From NCBI GenBank assembly GCA_963662265.2, contig CAXXHA010000036.1:128001-192000 (forward strand): a stretch of DNA of 64,000 bases, read 5' to 3'. The notes below the pieces were generated by a model. That model did no database searches and was not told the DNA's origin. It worked only from the letters and a program-made list of their open reading frames with translations. Source of the stretch: Spirochaetia bacterium (GTDB taxonomy: Bacteria; Spirochaetota; Spirochaetia; CADAEX01). This document shows positions 11,996-20,848 of this stretch, in pieces. The position numbers were made by a program, and so were the translations under genes. Within the stretch, counting starts at the first letter, position 1. Each line of letters starts with the position of its first letter.

Positions 11996-12682
11996 TTATG
12001 ATGGTGCATATGTTTCCCAGTCAACCGTAACAGTTCCGGGATCCTGAGTTGTGCTTGTATTAATAGGAGGAATATCAGGATTTGTATTATTAATCTGGGT
12101 TGATGTTTCAACAGTAAATGTTTCATTAACTGTTTCCACAGCTGTAGCAGGGGAAGCATACCCGCTTCCGGAGACAGAAGAAGAATTGCCGCCGCTAACT
12201 AATGTTTTCTGTCCGATTTTGTTTTTCTGTTGTATTTTCCCTTTTTCAACATCAATATCACCTTTAGCGCTGCCTTCAAAAACCGTGCCCCGTACTGCTG
12301 CGGTTGATACAGGTGTCATCAAAGTAAAGTCATGTCTCAGCCCTGTTGAAGTTTTTACATTAGCCTTGATTCTGCCAAGTTTGAGATTCAGCCGGGTGTT
12401 TACAGTATCGCCTGATATAACAAGCTCATCGACAGACATCCTTGTTAGCGGTTTTATGAAAATAGTTGATGACCCGCTTAAATCAAGCTCTGCAGATGAT
12501 TTGAATCCTGTAGAAATAACAGAACCCTGAGGAATTGTGTTGCCGTTTACTGCTGTAACCCAATTTCTCCCCGGTTCCTTTATTTCAACTTTTCCTTTTA
12601 CTTTTGTTATTGTTATAAGATCTGCTGAATATAGAGGAGAAGAAAAAACAATAATTAAAAGTATTAACAAGAAGTACTTCAT
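11996..12682 (-). CDS. Secreted FecR-domain protein, unit 3
   Basis: GGAGG RBS before ATG 12682; signal peptide; FecR motifs ISTGFKSSAELDL, LKLGRI, TPVSTAAVRGT; Ser/Thr/Pro linker and C-terminal GTVTVDW. Confidence 0.85.
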   Translation of the reverse strand: MKYFLLILLIIVFSSPLYSADLITITKVKGKVEIKEPGRNWVTAVNGNTIPQGSVISTGFKSSAELDLSGSSTIFIKPLTRMSVDELVISGDTVNTRLNLKLGRIKANVKTSTGLRHDFTLMTPVSTAAVRGTVFEGSAKGDIDVEKGKIQQKNKIGQKTLVSGGNSSSVSGSGYASPATAVETVNETFTVETSTQINNTNPDIPPINTSTTQDPGTVTVDWETYAPS

Positions 12683-12720
12683 TCCTGCCTCCACTTTATT
12701 AATATTAAATAAATATAATT

Positions 12721-12810
12721 ATTATACAAATTTTTAAACTGTTTCAGATATGAAAATTATATAATTGTTTTTCTTAAAATGAAATGTATAAATAATTGTT
12801 TTCTTTAAAA
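12721..12810 (-). promoter_or_regulatory. Putative promoter of unit 3: TATAAT box plus a 31-bp-period imperfect direct repeat
   Basis: TATAAT on minus strand at 12721-12726; ATAATTGTTTT(T)CTT(T)AAAA at 12761-12779 and 12792-12810. Confidence 0.4.
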
Positions 12811-12894
12811 AAACACATTTTATTTATAACATAGGAGGTAATTGCTCTAAAATCCGTTAACTATGGATGTGTTAAAATAAATTACAGTATTTTC

Positions 12895-14706
12895 TTATTT
12901 TAAATTATTCAGGTTTATTATACTCCTTCCTTCCATGTTCAACGTTTTTGCAGTTTCCCAGATTTCCGGCCACCAGTAGAGCATTTCCCCGCATCTTTTA
13001 AGATAGTTCCTGTAAATACAAAGAGCTTCCTTTTTTGTTACGAAGTTTCTGAATTCCTCAGGAATAACTGAATCTGATGAAAGGGCTTCTTTTTTCAGCA
13101 AATTGCAGTAATTTTCCATATCCTCTGCCCACCAGGAAGGTTTTTCTTCATAAAGATCAAGAAGGTAATTTATATGGTTTATTGTTCTTGTGAAATATCC
13201 AATCTGTAAAAGTTTCAGCTGTTCTTCGAAATCTGGCAGGCTGAATTTTCCAAACTCCTCTAATAATGTCCCAAGTTCTTTAATACGGGTTTTCCCGCCG
13301 GGATTGATAAACGATTTTGTCAGTTTTTCAAGGATGAGAGTTGAATATACTCCTGTCTGCAATGACACATTGTTAAAACTCTCTTTTAGAAACGGCGGTT
13401 TTTCATCCGGATTATGATACAACGCATAAGGTATATGGATTGTAAGTCCAGGTTCAAGGCAATTATGCAGTATAATTGCAAAGTTTGTATCATCACGTCT
13501 CCCCCTCGGAAAACATGGCGATAGCAGTTTTTTGTTATCAACACAAAAAGTACCGCCCATTAAATAACTGTCATTGTGAATTATATAGCTGTCAGAAGAT
13601 TTTATATTTAATCCGTTATCTCTGATTTCCCTGTATTTTTCTGAATCATGAAAATAATCTCTTTCAGGTCCCTGCTGAAACAGGGAGAGGTAAGGATTCT
13701 GAAACCATCTGCCTCCGCAGTATCCGGCGCCTATTGCTCTAACAGATAACTTGTTTTTTTCCATCTGCATTGCAGTTTCTTCTGTCAGATCTTCAAGTGA
13801 TATAAAATCCTTTTTCATGATCTCAGAATTCAATAAACTGATATTGGATTCAAAAAAAGTGAGTAGTTTGAAGTCCTTATTTTGAACAGTATTATTTTTT
13901 AATGTATTCATGTCAGGATAAAAAGTGGCATCTGAGTTGAAATCCCTGGCATACTGGTATCTGTCAGGCTGAATATTTTTTCTTGAAAAGAATCTGTATT
14001 CCATATCATCATCGCTTGAATAGAGATTGAATCCTGCAGATGCAAGTATCATTGTGTTTCTGTTGCCGCCTCTTGTATTATGCACGTATAAATCGTTGTC
14101 AACTGCAAGTGTGAAATCCACTATGTACTCAGGCAGTTTATCATTTGCAGCTTCATTTATCAGGTTTGAAAACTGCTTTTTATCATCATAGTTTATAAGT
14201 ACAATTTCTCCCGGATAATCTTTATTTCCATCGAATATAATTTTTTTGTTTTTGTCTGAAATTTTATAATCTGTTGTGTCATCGCATATTATAATAGGTG
14301 TTTTCCGGTTTCTGTATTCATCGTTACTAATTCTTGACCGGAGCCATCTGTCAAGCATACCGGGGCGGTCACAGGTTATACATCCTGATACGATTTTCTG
14401 TTTTGAAGCAAGTGTATTATTGTTGTTTTCAGGTTTGAATAAAAGATTTTCACTTCTGAGAAATTCATTGTTAATCCATTTATTAAAAATATCCATTATT
14501 ACAGATTGAGATAAGTCATGACTGTCAGTTTCCAAAACACTTTCAAGGTGTTGATTCAGTGTTTTGCATCCTGATAAATTTATTAAAATGTCTCCTTCAA
14601 ATCTGCTGATTACATGAGAAGTTTTATCATTGTTATTAATTACAAAATATGTCTCTTCTCCCGCTTTTTTGTATCCCAGAAACGCCGGATAATACTTCTC
14701 TGTCAA
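12895..14706 (-). CDS. RRE-like + GT-A/GT2 glycosyltransferase, paralog type B, unit 2 (intact, 603 aa)
   Basis: N-terminal ~85 aa 3-strand/3-helix pattern (YFVINN..TSHVIS..ILINLSGCKTL..IFNKWINNEFL); ITCDRP, IIICDDT, GGNRN, YSSDDD, GRRDDTNF; TTGA overlap with upstream type-A gene. Confidence 0.8.
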   Translation of the reverse strand: MTEKYYPAFLGYKKAGEETYFVINNNDKTSHVISRFEGDILINLSGCKTLNQHLESVLETDSHDLSQSVIMDIFNKWINNEFLRSENLLFKPENNNNTLASKQKIVSGCITCDRPGMLDRWLRSRISNDEYRNRKTPIIICDDTTDYKISDKNKKIIFDGNKDYPGEIVLINYDDKKQFSNLINEAANDKLPEYIVDFTLAVDNDLYVHNTRGGNRNTMILASAGFNLYSSDDDMEYRFFSRKNIQPDRYQYARDFNSDATFYPDMNTLKNNTVQNKDFKLLTFFESNISLLNSEIMKKDFISLEDLTEETAMQMEKNKLSVRAIGAGYCGGRWFQNPYLSLFQQGPERDYFHDSEKYREIRDNGLNIKSSDSYIIHNDSYLMGGTFCVDNKKLLSPCFPRGRRDDTNFAIILHNCLEPGLTIHIPYALYHNPDEKPPFLKESFNNVSLQTGVYSTLILEKLTKSFINPGGKTRIKELGTLLEEFGKFSLPDFEEQLKLLQIGYFTRTINHINYLLDLYEEKPSWWAEDMENYCNLLKKEALSSDSVIPEEFRNFVTKKEALCIYRNYLKRCGEMLYWWPEIWETAKTLNMEGRSIINLNNLK

Positions 14707-16503
14707 AACTGAGTTTCCTTTTTCTTGTTAAATTTTAAAGCCTTATCCCATATATCAGGCCAGTTTATCAGCAGGTTCCCGTAATCTCTGAAAAAACATT
14801 TATACTGTTTTATTGCGTCATCAAGTGAATAATTTTTTCTTAATTCTTTAGGAAGAGAGTTTTCTGGAACCAGCGACTGTTTTTCAAGGCGCATAATATA
14901 TTCTTCAGTATCCCTTGCCCAGTATTTTGGTTTTCTTTTATTTTCTGCCAGTTTTTTTTCAAGGTCCGCAATTGCATTGCCGGCATACTCGAGCCAGATT
15001 TTATGGAAAAAAAATAAAAAATCTTCATCTGATATCTGTGACAGCCAGACAAGCTGGTTTCCAAGCGCCTGATATGATATTTTATTAAGCTTCGATCCTA
15101 GATTTTTTCTCAAGTGTTCAATTGCCAGGACAGTGATTATCCCGAATCCAGCTGATGTATCAGTGTAATCTTCTTCAGTGAAAAAAGATTTATTACTCAT
15201 TTCATGATAAATTGCCAGTGGTATATGGGATACAAAGGTATTCTGGTTTAAAGCAAGCATTACTGCTATCCAGATACCATCCTGGTTCCTTCCATAGGGG
15301 GGGGTAGGGGGGGAGTATTTCACCTGAATCTATCCCCATTGCTGTTGTGATAAAAAAAGGGGCCCTGCTCAGGGTAAGATGCTCAGGCAGCATCAGGGAT
15401 ATAGGATTTTCCTTTATTTTACTGTATTCTGATTTGTTTCTGAAACCGCAGTATCTGTCCGGTTTGTTGTTGAAATAAACACCGAAAGGCCGGCTGAACC
15501 ATCTTCCGCCGTAGATTCCTAAGAATGCAGCTTTAATCGAACTGTCCCATCTTTTGAGAGAAAAGAAGGAGTCCGGTCTGAAATTGTCAGTTAATAATTC
15601 ATTATTAGATGTTACTGTTTTCTCAATAATTTCTCCGACACTTTTTCCAAGGATATTATTTATATATCGTAAAGGGTCGATTTCAGAAGATATAAGATTT
15701 TTTTTCAGCCTCTGTTGTTTTACAGAAAACATGGCTTTCAGGATCTTTGAAGTTTGATATTTCAAGATCATCTTCTAAATTACTGTGGGTAAAAAAATCG
15801 TATTTAGTATCATCATCGAAACTGATTATTTTACAGCCGGCAAGTTTTAGTAAAAGCAGTATTCCTGTTTCCCCCCCGGACCTTTGAGTATTGGATTGTC
15901 ATGAGACCCCATAACTGCAAATCTGATAATGCTTTTTATCTGTGCCTGTATTTTTCCTTCATACAGTAGCTTTAATAATTGATGTTTCTCCTTAATTCCG
16001 AAGTGTGAAATATTTAATCCGTAATTATTTTTAATATTGATACATAAAATCTTATTTTGCATCGATTATTTTCTGTGAAGATGAGTCGTCAAAAACTATT
16101 ACAGGGAGGTTTTTATAATCCGAATGTATTTTCTCTGCAATGCTGTTTAATGCTGATGAGAGAAGTTCCGGCCTGTCTGATGTGATAATTGATAATGCTG
16201 ATTCCTGTTCTGTTTCTGAAAAGTGTATTTTACTGCTTTCAAGCGGATATAACAGATTGGTTTCCAGTAATGATGAAAATATATAATCAATATCTTTATT
16301 CTCTGATCCTGTATTATATATCTTTTCAAGATCAATTATATGCTGACTGATTGTTTTTATGCCGGTCAGTTGCGAGTAATATATTGGCATCAGTTTTATC
16401 TATGAATGATGTTTTTCCTGTATTGTAATTATAGGAAATAAAACAATCAGGTCCCGTGGGAAAAAATGCCGGCAGAACCTGGTATGTATTTTTTTTTGAC
16501 CAC
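14703..16503 (-). CDS. RRE-like + GT-A/GT2 glycosyltransferase, paralog type A, unit 2 (several frameshifts)
   Basis: AGGAG RBS, GTG 16503; fragments IITSDRPELL/VFDDS (16052-16390), GPGG.RN, GIYGGRWFSRP (15202-15771), GRNQDGIW...WPDIW (14703-15323) are collinear with 9384-11163. Confidence 0.7.
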
Positions 16504-16532
16504 TTTCTCTCCTGTCTGAAAATCTGAATCTG

Positions 16533-17380
16533 TTAACTTAACCAGGAAAAGCTGGTGCTGTTAGTGTATTGGTAATATGTTACAGGCACTGAATCAGACA
16601 ATCCCGGTCTGAGCTCAAATTCATCGGTTATTCCTAAATAATCGTACTGACTAATTGTTGCACTTTTACTTACAAGTGCACGTGTTTTTCCTTCCCGGAA
16701 GAATCGTCTCTGCAGCATCAAATGTAACAGTTGCAGTATTTCCTGATACAGTTCCGGGTGTTCCTGTGGGATTGTCCAGGTTGAAAGTATAATGAGAATA
16801 GCTTGTATTTATTGATGAGATTTTATTACCGCTGAAATTTACAATTAATAACAAATGATCCGGGTCATAGAGCCTGAAATGGGAAGCTGTATAGGTTGAA
16901 TGTTTGGGGTACACTCATTCCCCCTGCATAACCTGTCGGGATAAGTGGTATTACAACTTCTGTTGAATCTATTCCATTAACTTCAAACACATCGGAAATC
17001 CCTGAGTATGAGTGGAAATAAATACTTCCCTTATCAGATCTGGTGCTGTAACGGTTCTATCAGCAGGGTCAGCGCGCTTGATACAGGAACATTCATAAGA
17101 GATAAATCGCCTGAATCGCCTGTAAACGGAATATAGGAATTAGCAAGAAGCGGTGAAGGGAAATCTTTCAGATATGTTATATCTGATGTCTTCTCGAAAT
17201 ATGAATCAATATTTCCGGAATATACAGCTACTTTTAAAAATGCCGTCAAATCCTGCCGGCGCTCCTTTTGCTGTTGTAGTTAATTTGATTGATACAGTCC
17301 CTGTTGAAGATTCCGGAGCCTGGTAACATGAAAAATGTAAGGACAGAATATACTAAAATAATTATTAAATATCTTTTCAT
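16533..17380 (-). CDS. Two-domain beta-rich lipoprotein, unit 2 (several frameshifts)
   Basis: AAGGAG RBS, ATG 17380, reconstructed lipobox ..TF(F)SC-YQAP; fragments ITYLKDFP, GISDVFEV, LPGRK, GITDEFELRPG..VPVTYYQY match the unit 1 and 3 lipoproteins. Confidence 0.65.
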
Positions 17381-17398
17381 TTTATACTCCTTTACAGG

Positions 17399-18065
17399 TT
17401 ACTGTATTTCCCAGGCAACATGTACTGTTCCTGTTGTGGGCGGCGGTGGAACAATTATTGGCGGGGATATCCTGCATCAGGCTGTGTTGATGTCTCAACA
17501 GTAAAGCTTTCTGTGACTGTTTCAACTGCAGTTGCAGGTGCAGTATACCCTGTTCCTGAAACAGACGATGATTCGCCTCCTGAAACAGTTGTTTTCTGAC
17601 CTATTTTTATTTGTAAAACTTATTCTGCCTGTAACAACTTCCAGTTTCCGTACAGATGACTCGAAGACTGTACCTCTTACAGCAGCTGTTGATACAGGTG
17701 TTTTTAATGTGAAATCATGTTTAAGCCCTGATGAAGTTTTTACATCAGCCTTTATTCTTCCCAGCTTGAGGTTCAGCTTTGTATTTACCTTGTTTCCGCT
17801 TATTGCAAGTTTGTCGACAGACATTCTGGTAAGCTGTTTTATGAAAACAGTTGATGAATCCGCTCAGGTCAAGCTCTGCATTAGATTTAAAACCTGTGGA
17901 AATGACAGATCCTTCAGGGATAATTCCCCCTTTTTCAGCTTTTACCCATGCTTTCCCGGGTTCCTTGATTTCTACTTTTCCGTTTACTGTTTTTATTGTT
18001 ATAAGATCTGCCGAATATAGAGGTGTTGCAACAATAATAACCAGTATTAAGAGTATATATTTCAT
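17399..18065 (-). CDS. Secreted FecR-domain protein, unit 2 (frameshifted)
   Basis: GGAGG RBS; N-terminus nearly identical to unit 3 (PLYSADLITI); TPVSTAAVRGT; reconstructed tail DIPPIIVPPPPTTGTVHVAWEIQ* (TAA 17399-17401). Confidence 0.8.
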
Positions 18066-18120
18066 TTATCCCTCCGTCTTAATACATCTAAAGGAAATAA
18101 TTTTATAATTGTATATCACT

Positions 18121-18136
18121 ATTATAGGACTTTTTC
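18121..18136 (-). promoter_or_regulatory. Putative -10 region of unit 2 (GAAAAAGTCCTATAAT)
   Basis: 15/16 identical to the motif upstream of unit 1 at 19850-19865; ends in consensus TATAAT. Confidence 0.55.
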
Positions 18137-18237
18137 CCTATAAATAAAAATAAAATATTAATGACTGCGTTTTAAAGCCTGATGAATCAGTTGGATGGAA
18201 TTTTACTTATTTATTATTATTGCATTTGTTTTAAGTT

Positions 18238-19069
18238 TCAGTCAACTATCGGTTGGTAATAATAGTAGTTAACCGGAACTGTTACTATAACGCCGGGCTT
18301 AACTTCAAACACATCAGATATGCCGAAATATGAGCCGGGAGTAAGGACTGGAGTGTTTACAAGATCTGATACAATTAACTGCATTTTTTTCCCTGCAACT
18401 GCAGTACTGGTAAATGTCATTGTATCGGGAGAACCGTCATTCTCGGAATTCTCATTTACCATAATTTGTTGTTGTCGGTTCACTGTTGAATGTTATATTT
18501 CCTTCAGAAGGTACATTTAAATTAATATATGAGGCCATGTCTTCAGGTGAATAAGCGCTGACAAAATCTTCTCCTGTGAATCCTGAGTGTTTATTTATCT
18601 TCAGAGTAGCTTTAGCTGTTTGTAGTATTGTGATTGAAACATGCAGAGGAGTGCTGTTTTCCAGAGTAAAAGGGTATGAAAGCCCTGCATATGCAAGGTA
18701 ATAGGGGTTATCAATACCTTCGCCGTAAAATTCAGCAAGAAGATTCAGCTCTTTTTCGGGCGGGATTCCTGAAATTAATATCTCTCCTGTATCTCCATCT
18801 ACAGGAATAGTTATTTCATCATGCCCGTTAATAGGTACTGTTTCCGGAAAATCTGAAAGATATGATATCCCGTTTACCGGATCCTGATTAACTTTGAATT
18901 CTCCTGAATTAAAGAGTCTTAAAACTAATTCTGTTTCGCCTCTGACCGGAGGTATTTTGATTACATCTGTGTCCTATTATTACTGATAATAGCCCCCTGA
19001 TTAGAAAACAGGTGCCTGGTAACAGGAAAAAAGTGAGAATATCAGCAGTAATAACAGTGTTTTTTTCAC
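18238..19069 (-). CDS. Two-domain beta-rich lipoprotein, unit 1 (several indels)
   Basis: GGAG RBS, GTG 19069, MKKTLLLLLIFSLFSC-YQAP; ISYLSDFP, GIPPEKELNLLAEF, AGLSYPFTL, GISDVFEVKPG..VPVNYYYY homologous to units 2 and 3. Confidence 0.65.
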
Positions 19070-19084
19070 TATATACTCCATATA

Positions 19085-19774
19085 TTATTCCAGCGGGGGA
19101 TCCAGTTTTCCCCAGTTGAGTATTATATAACCTGAAAAGGACGAATCCTTATGATTTGAATCCGGTAGTGAACCTGCCTCTTCCGGAATGGTTGAGATGT
19201 CTGTAGTGAAATCCTCATTGTTTGTGTCATTTTCCGGTTCAGGTGAATTATAGCCTTTGCCTTTTACTTTTGAAGAGTTACCTCCCCTTACAGAAGTACC
19301 CTGGCCGATTTTATTTATAAATTTTATTTTTCCTGTTTTAACTTCGAGGTTTCCATGTGCAGAAGCTTCAAAAACGGTCCCTTTCACAGCAGCCGTGGAA
19401 ACAGGTGTTATCAGTTTAAAGTCATGTTTCAGACCTTCAGATGTTTTTACTTCTGCCTTAATCCGTCCCAGTTTCAGGTTAAGTTTTGTGCTGACTTTTT
19501 CTTTTTTTATTTCAAGTTTATCGACTGACATCCTGGTAAGCTGCTTAATGAGGATAAGCGAAGAATTTCCGAGATCCAGTCTTGTTTCCGATCTGAATCC
19601 TGTTGAAACGATTGTCCCCTCCGGTATGTATGATCCTGAAAATGCTTTTTCCCAGTTTTTCCCAGGTTCTTTTACTTCAACTTTTCCTGTTATATCCATT
19701 ATTTTTATAAGATCAGCCGGAAAGAGAGATGAGGTTGAAATGCAAATAACAAGAAATAAGAAGAAATATTTCAT
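19085..19774 (-). CDS. Secreted FecR-domain protein, unit 1
   Basis: GGAG RBS before ATG 19774 (MKYFF); STGFRSETRLDL, LKLGRI, TPVSTAAVKGT; C-terminal SGYIILNW. Confidence 0.85.
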   Translation of the reverse strand: MKYFFLFLVICISTSSLFPADLIKIMDITGKVEVKEPGKNWEKAFSGSYIPEGTIVSTGFRSETRLDLGNSSLILIKQLTRMSVDKLEIKKEKVSTKLNLKLGRIKAEVKTSEGLKHDFKLITPVSTAAVKGTVFEASAHGNLEVKTGKIKFINKIGQGTSVRGGNSSKVKGKGYNSPEPENDTNNEDFTTDISTIPEEAGSLPDSNHKDSSFSGYIILNWGKLDPPLE

Positions 19775-19849
19775 TACTGTCTCCATGGAACAGTTTGCTA
19801 TTCTGAATTTCACTCAGCTGTTTGATCGAATTGAGATATTTATGTATAT

Positions 19850-19865
19850 ATTATAAGACTTTTTC
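19850..19865 (-). promoter_or_regulatory. Putative -10 region of unit 1 (GAAAAAGTCTTATAAT)
   Basis: Shared with 18121-18136. Confidence 0.55.
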
Positions 19866-19910
19866 AGACTTTTTGGGGCAGATATCGGTTAAAAATATGG
19901 AATAATAATT

Positions 19911-20670
19911 TTATTGTTCCATACTCTTTTCATTTTCAACTTCACTGTTATAAGAATCAATCCCGGGTGTCCAGTCTTCAACTTCATTGAATGAAAATTT
20001 TTCATTCAGCATTTTGTGAAGCCACCTTATCAGGGCTTCTGTTCTCCCGTTGAAAGCGTCTTTTAGCCGTTTCCTCATGAAGAAAAAGCTGCCGGGTGTC
20101 TGCTGTTCCCAGGCCGTAGCATTCCAGCTTTCCGTTTTTTATTTCAGCGGCAAAAAGGATAAGAAGCTTCTGCTTGGTTATGACGGGAAGTATCCACCAC
20201 CTGATATTCTCGATATTTTCAGCCTTGAAGAGAATGAAGTTTTCCTTCTTTTCTATTGTGTATCTTATCTCTGCCGGTTTGAACGGCAGTATTGTCTGAT
20301 CTGCAGTAATTATTCTTTTCCCGTTATTATCGACTATATCATCAAGAACTGAAATATCTCTGAAAAGGGGGTATGTGGAATCATGTCTTCTCGAGTAATA
20401 GGGAATATTAATGAAATTTTCAACATCTGTAAGGATATTCTCTATCTTTAAAATTGAACTACTGTTGCCGGTTTCCGGTATATCAAGTGTGAATGATGTC
20501 TGCGCCTTGAAATTGATTTTTCTTTCCATGAGCCTGTCAATTTCTTTCTGTATTTCCTTCCTGTTTCCGTTGTAGAAAATATCTTCAGAGAAGGAGACAA
20601 CTTTATCTTCCTGGGCAGAAATTCCAGAAACGCATAAAAACAAAATAAGTATTAAATATCCAGATCTCAA
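19911..20670 (-). CDS. Secreted spirochaete-type hypothetical protein (DUF6675-like); frameshift near 20095
   Basis: AAGGAG RBS before TTG 20670; signal peptide; IPYYSRRH..YPLF motif; removing one C extends the ORF to TAA 19911. Confidence 0.5.
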
Positions 20671-20848
20671 ATATAGTCTCCTTAAAACAAGTCTGATAAT
20701 TGTAAGATTATAACTGTTTAAACATTCAATATGCAAAAAAAATATATAAATATACCTGATTTTGAAGCGGCATGATTTTTTCCGGTTATATGTGGTTAGC
20801 AGAATAATAAAATTTCTGCTGTTTGGTTGATATGACCGGGGAGGATGT

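Noticed and set aside
12695-12894. Small RiPP precursor ORF in cassette intergenic regions (also 18066-18237)
   Set aside because: AT-rich with frequent stops; the AGGAGG at ~12833 is followed by a 2-codon ORF; no credible leader/core peptide
15298-15313. Poly-G tracts in GT_A2 as a phase-variation switch
   Set aside because: They encode the conserved PPxPP motif (PPFPP in the paralog) and the gene has many other indels; cannot be told apart from homopolymer error
18961-19005. Stop-codon readthrough or alternative genetic code in lipoprotein 1 (in-frame TAA/TAG cluster)
   Set aside because: Explained by about three nearby single-base insertions; all three stop codons end normal genes elsewhere in the window
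11996-19774. Classical FecIRA iron-signalling locus
   Set aside because: No ECF sigma or TonB-dependent receptor; the FecR proteins have cleavable-looking signal peptides and no cytoplasmic anti-sigma domain
7584-19774. Assembly artefact duplication, prophage or IS-borne element
   Set aside because: Copies are substantially diverged at protein level; no integrase, transposase, terminal repeats or phage genes seen
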